DNA of 64,000 nucleotides, taken from the human T2T-CHM13v2.0 reference genome, Homo sapiens. The notes under the pieces are model-generated. The model searched no databases. It worked only from the letters and a program-made list of their open reading frames with translations, and was not told where the DNA came from. The position numbers and the translations under genes were made by a program. Location: NCBI RefSeq assembly GCF_009914755.1, contig NC_060940.1, one strand, 5' to 3'. Below, piece by piece: positions 52,780 to 64,000 of the stretch; position 1 is the first letter of the stretch; each line of letters opens with the position of its first letter.

Positions 52780-54150
52780 ACCTAGAAAAGGAGTGGGGTG
52801 GGTGGGGGGTGGGGGGTGGGAGCCAGCTCGGGAGCCACCGGCGCTAGGACCCAGCGCGGCCGGAAGGGGGTGGGGGCGCCGCGCGGGGAGAATCTGCGCT
52901 CCGCGGCGCGCGGCGGGAGGGCGGGCGCGCGGCGGGTGAGCGCGCTTGCGCGAGGGCGCGCGCCGAGCGGGACGGACAAAGGGGCGGGCGGCGGCGCGCG
53001 AGCCGGAGGGCGGAGCCGCGGGCCGGGCGGGCAGGTGCGCGCTGGCTGGAGGGCGGAGCCGCGATGCCGCGATGGAGCGCAGCCCGGGCGGGCGCCGGGG
53101 CCGGGGCCCGAGCGCCAGGCGGAGCGCGAGCTGGAGCCGCAGCCGGAGCCCGGGCCAGGCCGGGGGCCGGGAGCGCAGGGCCGGGCTGCTCGTAGCGGCG
53201 GCGACCGAGCCCCCCAGCGGCTGAGGGGCTTCCAGCGCCCGCCGGTGGCCGGGACCCACTAAAGCCCCCGCAGCCGAGGAGTGCGGGGAGCCCCCTTCCA
53301 CATCCAGGATCCGGCGAGCCTCGGGGAAGAGGGGGGGCCCTCCCGGATCCGACACCGAGCGACTCCCCTGCGGGGAAAGCGGAGACTTCCTCGGTATTTA
53401 GAAGACAGCAAGCCCCCTACGGCACCGCAAGGACTCCCCCTCCTCAGTCTGGGCCCCCGCCCCAAGACCTAGAACGCAGTGCCCCCAGGCCGGGATTGCG
53501 AGAACCCCCTCCCAAGATCCGGTCATTACAACTCCACACCTCAAGACAAGAAGACCCAGCTCAGAACGCCCCTAGATCAGGGGATCCCAATTCCCCCCAA
53601 CTCCGGTACATAGAAATCCCAAATCTAGGCAGCCGGGGACAGCAAGAGACACTCTCACCAGCAAGAAGCCTCGGGGATCCCCCCCCTAAAGCTCCAGGAC
53701 TTGGGCGACTGAGCCCCTGGCGGCACCGCTTGCACCCCGGTCCATGGTCGTGGCGCCCTGAGCCCCCGGGGCCGGGCAGACGAAGACCGCGACGGCGCCC
53801 AGGCCCCCTGCCGCGGCGTCCCCGCGGCCCCAGCCCAGGTAAGCCGGGCCCAGGTGAGGGGCGGCAGGTGAGTGGCCACCGAGGTCCCCATAACCCTGCA
53901 GGTGGGGAAGGAAGTATCGGGTTGCGCGCTCCCCCTTCCCCAGCGTCGCCATGGAGCCGAGGCTGAAGGACGTCTCTTTGTGTCTCGCTTGGAGGAGCCG
54001 CCCCCTCCTCCTCTCCCTTCCCCCACCCCACTCCCTAGCCTTGAGGCTCGGGCGCAGCTCCCCGGCCCCACGGAGGAGTGGTGGTGGAGCCCGTTGTGCC
54101 ATGGAGAGGGGGGAAGAGGGCGGAGAGTCCCCCCCCAAAAGCTGCGAGCC
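52780..54150 (+). promoter_or_regulatory. SBK1: CpG-island promoter
   Basis: Extremely GC/CpG-rich, many GGGCGG boxes, G-run tract at 52795-52820, consensus donors on the + strand. Gene name is from memory of the locus layout. Confidence 0.8.
52980..53838 (+). other. SBK1: Long non-coding first exon (5'UTR); TSS approximate; donor CAG|GTAAGC after 53838
   Basis: No ATG-initiated frame reaches the donor. Contains uORFs 53064-53195, 53072-53224 and 53744-53761. Alternative donors after 53853 and 53867. Confidence 0.65.
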
Positions 54151-54549
54151 TGGAGGTTGGCCCCCAGGTCCTTGGAGTGTGAATACCCCTCCCCCACGGC
54201 CAAGCTGAGCTTCTAGTGAAGTCCCCCCGAGAGGGGAAAATTTGGGGGTGCCCACAGGTGAGGGGGGCTGCCTTATGTGGCCCTGGGTGATGGCTGGGGC
54301 TTCGGGTGTGTGTCTTTGTCTGTGAGAGTGCGGGGAAGGGGTGTGTTTGAGCGGATGAATGGGAATCGCATCTTCCCTGTGACTCTGCTGCCCGACCCAG
54401 CCCACACTGGCGGTCTTTACCTAAACCATACTTTGTACTCCCTGTGGGACAGGGAGGGAGTAAGTACCCCCCAAAGTGAGGCGCTAGTTTCTGGGGAGGA
54501 GAGGTAGCCTAGATGAAGAAGCTATTTCAGGTCAGGGCACCGTTCTGTT

Positions 54550-54603
54550 CCCATTTGTCCCAGGGACAGCAACCCAAGTCTTTCCCTTCCCCTCCTAACC
54601 TGG
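54550..54603 (+). repeat. Dispersed ~55-bp duplication, copy 1 (copy 2 at 57322-57376)
   Basis: 4 substitutions and 1 indel between the copies. Confidence 0.9.
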
Positions 54604-56149
54604 AGAACACCCAGGTTAAACCAAGGGTTGGCTCAATGTGTCCCAGACAACCAAGGGCCAATTCCAGGGTCTCACTGTGGCTTTCCAGGTGGTACACACG
54701 GCCGTACCCCAGCCTGGCCCTCAGTGAGGTCCTGAACCCCAGGCTCTACCGCATATGAGGAAGCCGAGAGACCCTAGGGGACATTGTACCCTGAAATCCT
54801 GAATCAGATCCTGAGAAGGGGCTGGACTGCATGGAAAGAACACACTCTGGGCTGCTGGGAGTTCCTCTCATCTCTTCTCTCTGAGCCTTCTGCAGACAAG
54901 CAGTGATGCTGGACCCATTTGATAGGTGCACAAACTGAGGCTCGGGAAGGCAGGACCCAGGATACAGCTAGCCCTGCCAGTAGCTCCTTCACTTATTCAT
55001 TCAACAAACCTGTCGCCAATGTCTGTGATGGACCATGCGCTAGAGTCAGGGTCCTTTTCCCCACTTCATTCCTATCTCCTTTCTTGATGTCTCCTGATCA
55101 TCAGACCCCTGGGCACGTCCCATTGGGCCTGTTGAAGTGGACCGGGCCAGGTCCAGCTGAGAGATTCTTGACCCTACACCTGAAGCAGCTGATCCCTGTC
55201 CTGCTACAGCCTTGGGAGCCCTGAGCCTGGGTGGCTGACTCCTCATCTCCCACCTTCCCAGCACCAAGTGCCCCCACCCCCACCTGCTGCTGGCACTGAC
55301 CCAAGGGTGAGGATGTGACCAGCTGGAGACGAGGGTAGGGGGCACTTGATGCGGGCAGACCTCTGGCAGCCTCTCCTGCCAATTTCAGGACAGTTGAGGC
55401 AGCCACCTTCAGCACAGGCTGTGGGGGAATCAGGTGCCCTGAAGACTGAGTGACCTTGGGCAAGCACGTGGCCCTTCCCAGAGAAAATGACAGAGAGTGA
55501 GCCTCTCTGCAGCTTGAAGGGCGGATGGAGATCGAAATTGGGCAGGACAAGCATCCAGGTTTGCTCTACCCATTGCTGAAGGAGTTCATTTCCCCCCAGT
55601 GGGGGTTCCCAGAAGCCCAGGGCTTTGTCACACACCCCACAGGCAAGGCAGTGGAACCAGAGGCTGAAGAGCAGAAATTTGAGTCACTGTGTCCAGGGCA
55701 AACTGTGAGGAGGCCAGAGGAGGACAAGGAGCAAGACCTCCCCTCCTCACTAACCTGCAGTGGCTCTCCATTGAGTCCAGAATCAAGTCGCTGAGTCCAG
55801 ATAGTCTCTGGACTGCAGCCTGGCCCTAAACCACCTCTCCTAGCCCATCTCCTCCGTGTCCTCTAATTCTCTGCCTCCGTCACGTGCTCTTCCCCTGACC
55901 TGAAAAGCCCCACTCTAGGATGGCTCCGGAGCCGTTTTCTGCCTCCACCTCCCTTTTTGAGCTGACCTGAGCTGGCACGTAGTAGAGAGCTGAATTTGAT
56001 TGGTTGGTGGTTTGGTGGCTTGGAGGTAGTGGCGTGTGTCTACATGTGCAGTGAGAGTTTGTCTCCACATCTAGACTCAGCTCCAGGAGACGGGAACCAG
56101 GTTTGTCTTGTCCATACTGCATCAGCATTGTCTAATTCAGAGCCCAGCG

Positions 56150-61430
<5,281 letters not shown>

Positions 61431-61859
61431 TGGACCGCAGGCTCCTAGGCTGGGCTGTCTTCAGTCCATCCCGGTGTAGGAGCTCAGGGAGGCAAAGGAG
61501 GTGAAGGATGCAGCTGGAGAAGGGCCCATCTCTTCTGGGGCCTCTGTTCACCCAGCCATCTCACCAGAGACCACCACTTGTCCACTGGTAGACATTCAGC
61601 CCAGTCCCCTTGCCTGTCAGCCAGTGGTGGGCACCTACTGTGCCCAGCATCCTGCACTCCTGTTGATACCCCTGAGTGCTGGGCCACCTGCCTCACCCAG
61701 GCAGCCAGGCTGGGAAGACCTCCCCAGCTTATCCCACACCCCTGGGGGCTGCCCCGGGCCCTGCACCCTCCAGTAGCCAGGAGGATAGGACCCAGGACCC
61801 CTGCCTTTCACAGTGCCTCACTGGGGAGGGCAGGAGAGGCTGGAGAGCCTGTTCCAGCT

Positions 61860-61990
61860 CTGGGCACCAGCTGCAGGAAGGCAGCGTCACAAGCTATTAA
61901 TAGCCACCAAAGATGTGCCCCGAGAAGGGGCGGACTGTGCACCAGCTGGGAGGGGAGGCTGAGGCAGAGGCCGGAGCCAAATAGGAGTTC
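61860..61990. promoter_or_regulatory. Candidate intronic muscle-type enhancer (MEF2 plus paired E-boxes)
   Basis: Perfect MEF2 site CTATTAATAG at 61894-61903, flanked by CAGCTG at 61868 and 61943; GC box at ~61927. Confidence 0.6.
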
Positions 61991-63269
61991 ACAGCCCCGG
62001 GAACCCCAGACTGCCCCTGGTGGGGAGGGCAGTGAGGAAGAATGTCCAAGTGTCTGCAGCTTGATCTCAGGAAAGTCTGGACTCTTCCTCCCAGGCTCCT
62101 CATGTGGGAAGTGGAGGAGCGGGGTCAGGGGATCCCTACAGTGCCTTCTGCCTCAAGTGGGTTCAGGGGTGAGATTCAGCATAGCCAAATGGCCTCCATC
62201 TACAGAACAGAAAACCAAGGCACAGTGAGAGGAAGGCCTTCCCCAGGCTCACCTGCAGAGTCAACGACAGATCCAAGGTCCAGGCCCCTCTGACCAGCAA
62301 CTTCTTACTGACACCCACTTTGTGCCCCATCCTGTTAAATGAGCATTCTCAGCCCCATTTTACTGATGGGCAAACTGAGGCTTAGGCAGGTGGCACAAAC
62401 TGCCCAAGGTCACACAGCTAAAAAGGGATGGAGCCAGGATTTATACCCCGAAGGGAAGACAAGGAGGGGATTTGAGAATATACTCCTCCTCCTTCTCTTT
62501 GTGAGCCAAAACAGAAAGCTTGCTGGGGTCTGTATTTGTGTTGAGGACCAAGGGGAGGGAGAGGCCTTATCTAGAGGCTTGTGGGCTCCCAGGAGCCCTG
62601 TCCCTGCTGTTGTGTGTAGAAGTATGCATGTGCTACATGGGACATTTTTCAGGGAAGAAGGTCCTGAGCCTCATGGTGCCCCGTGAAGGCAGAACTAGTA
62701 GCTTACCTCATTTCACCCACTGGAAAACTGGAGAGAAGGAGGGGCTGGCCAGGGATGACCAGGGCTCCCTGGGACCAACAGCAGAGGCCAGAGTCTTTCC
62801 AAGAACCTCACTAGCCTGGCTTGGTGGCCCCCACCCTCTGGCAGTGAATAGGAGATTCCACAAGTGAACAGACTTCTGCACTGGAGTAAACAAAGGTGAA
62901 GGTCGGGGACATCCTTCAGGGAAGGTGTTACAAGGCAGAGAGCCAGGCTGGTACATCCACCTCGGGACATAGAGGGAGGCCTCCACTCTGGGCAGGGTGT
63001 GAAGGGGGCTCCCAGATTCCTCCCCTGCTTCTTGAGCACAGACTGGCCTGCTGTGGGAATTCAGGGGGCAGTTGTTCTCCTCTGGCCCTTCTCTGGGGGT
63101 GCAGGCAGGTGGGCGGGCAGGTGCCACCCCTCCCTGGCACTTTCCTCTGGCACTGTCTGGTCTCTTGGTTCCTTTTACTCCCCAGACCCAACTGGATTGT
63201 ACCCGGTAGGAATTTTCATGCCTACGCTACCCCTTTTCACCCAGTTCCTGCCATTCTCCTCAGAGGTTA

Positions 63270-64000
63270 ATTCATTTATTCAACAAACATTTACTAAGTG
63301 CCTTCTATACTCCAGGCACATGTTAGCAGCTGGAGGATACAGCAGTGAACAAGACCAGACAGCAAAATTCCTGCCCTCCAGCTGCTTAAGTTCTAGTGAG
63401 GAAAAGAGACAGTCATAATAGATGTCAGAAGTTGGTACATTATATAATACATGAGAAAGTGATACATCCTACCAGGAAAAAATAGAGCAGGGCATGGGGG
63501 GGGGGGTCAGGAGTGCAGTAGGGCAATCCTGGTTGAGAAGGTGTCATTTTGTCATTTGAACAGAACTTGTAGGGAATGAGCTGTGCTGTGGATATCTAGG
63601 GGAAGGCAGAAGGACTTGCCCCCAGACAGGGGGCTGGCATGTTCAGGGAACAGTGGGGGGACCAGCGTGTTGAGCAGAGGGAGGCAGAATATGGGGGGGA
63701 GATGGGCCAAAGGGTAAATGGAGGGCCATGGTAAGGGCTTTGGAACACAATGAGAGCCAGTAGAGGCTGCTGAGCCTGGGGGTAAGGGAATGCTCCTTGG
63801 CAGCTGTGTTGAGAGGGCTTGGAGGCAGGGACCAGTTAGTAAGTTGCTGTGGTAGCTGAGAGGTGACTGATGATGGCTCAGAGAGGTGGGAGTGAGTGGA
63901 GAGTGACCAGGTTGGGTGCTGAGGTGGCTAAGCACCTTGCTAATGTCTAGTGTTGATTCTAGAGTTATTTTATGCAAATACAAATGAGAAACCTGTTCTT
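63270..64000 (-). mobile_element. L2 remnant
   Basis: TTCATTTATTCAACAAACATTTACTAAGTGCC..CCAGGCAC..GGATACAGCAGTGAACAAGAC (L2 3' end, minus strand). Confidence 0.75.

Noticed and set aside
52375-53355. 326-aa minus-strand ORF and other long ORFs across the CpG island
   Set aside because: Non-ATG start, low-complexity Pro/Arg/Ala content, runs through a (GGAT)n repeat; expected from stop-codon depletion in GC-rich DNA

Overview
Human (primate) genomic DNA, very Alu-rich and with no complete protein-coding gene. From left to right: a near-full-length processed GAPDH pseudogene on the minus strand (1-1216), about 50 kb dominated by Alu, L1, L2, MIR, LTR and DNA-transposon fossils, and a CpG-island promoter with a long non-coding first exon on the plus strand (~52980-53838) followed by intron 1. 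From memory this layout matches chr16p12 GAPDHP35 upstream of SBK1 (SH3-domain-binding kinase 1). No kinase exon lies in the window, so the name is an inference. Best candidate for an under-described system is a two-promoter architecture. (i) A distal GC-box plus MEF2/TATA-like promoter at ~19.1 kb drives an exon whose open frame ends in MGCGVDDVPAFCFVCFHREEEEELLEEVPLR at a phase-2 donor, a possible lipidated N-terminal extension of the kinase. (ii) The CpG promoter's 5'UTR has three uORFs and three tandem splice donors. A strong CTCF site with an upstream (U) motif lies between the two promoters, and MEF2/E-box clusters lie in the introns. Other observations: a ~31-bp-period CCAAT array split by an Alu, an intact MLT2A solo LTR with a sense splice donor, an L1PA insertion with a short 3' transduction, an inverted pair of ZNF143 sites, a homeodomain palindrome, and a 55-bp dispersed duplication. 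Repeat boundaries and subfamily calls were made by eye and are approximate.
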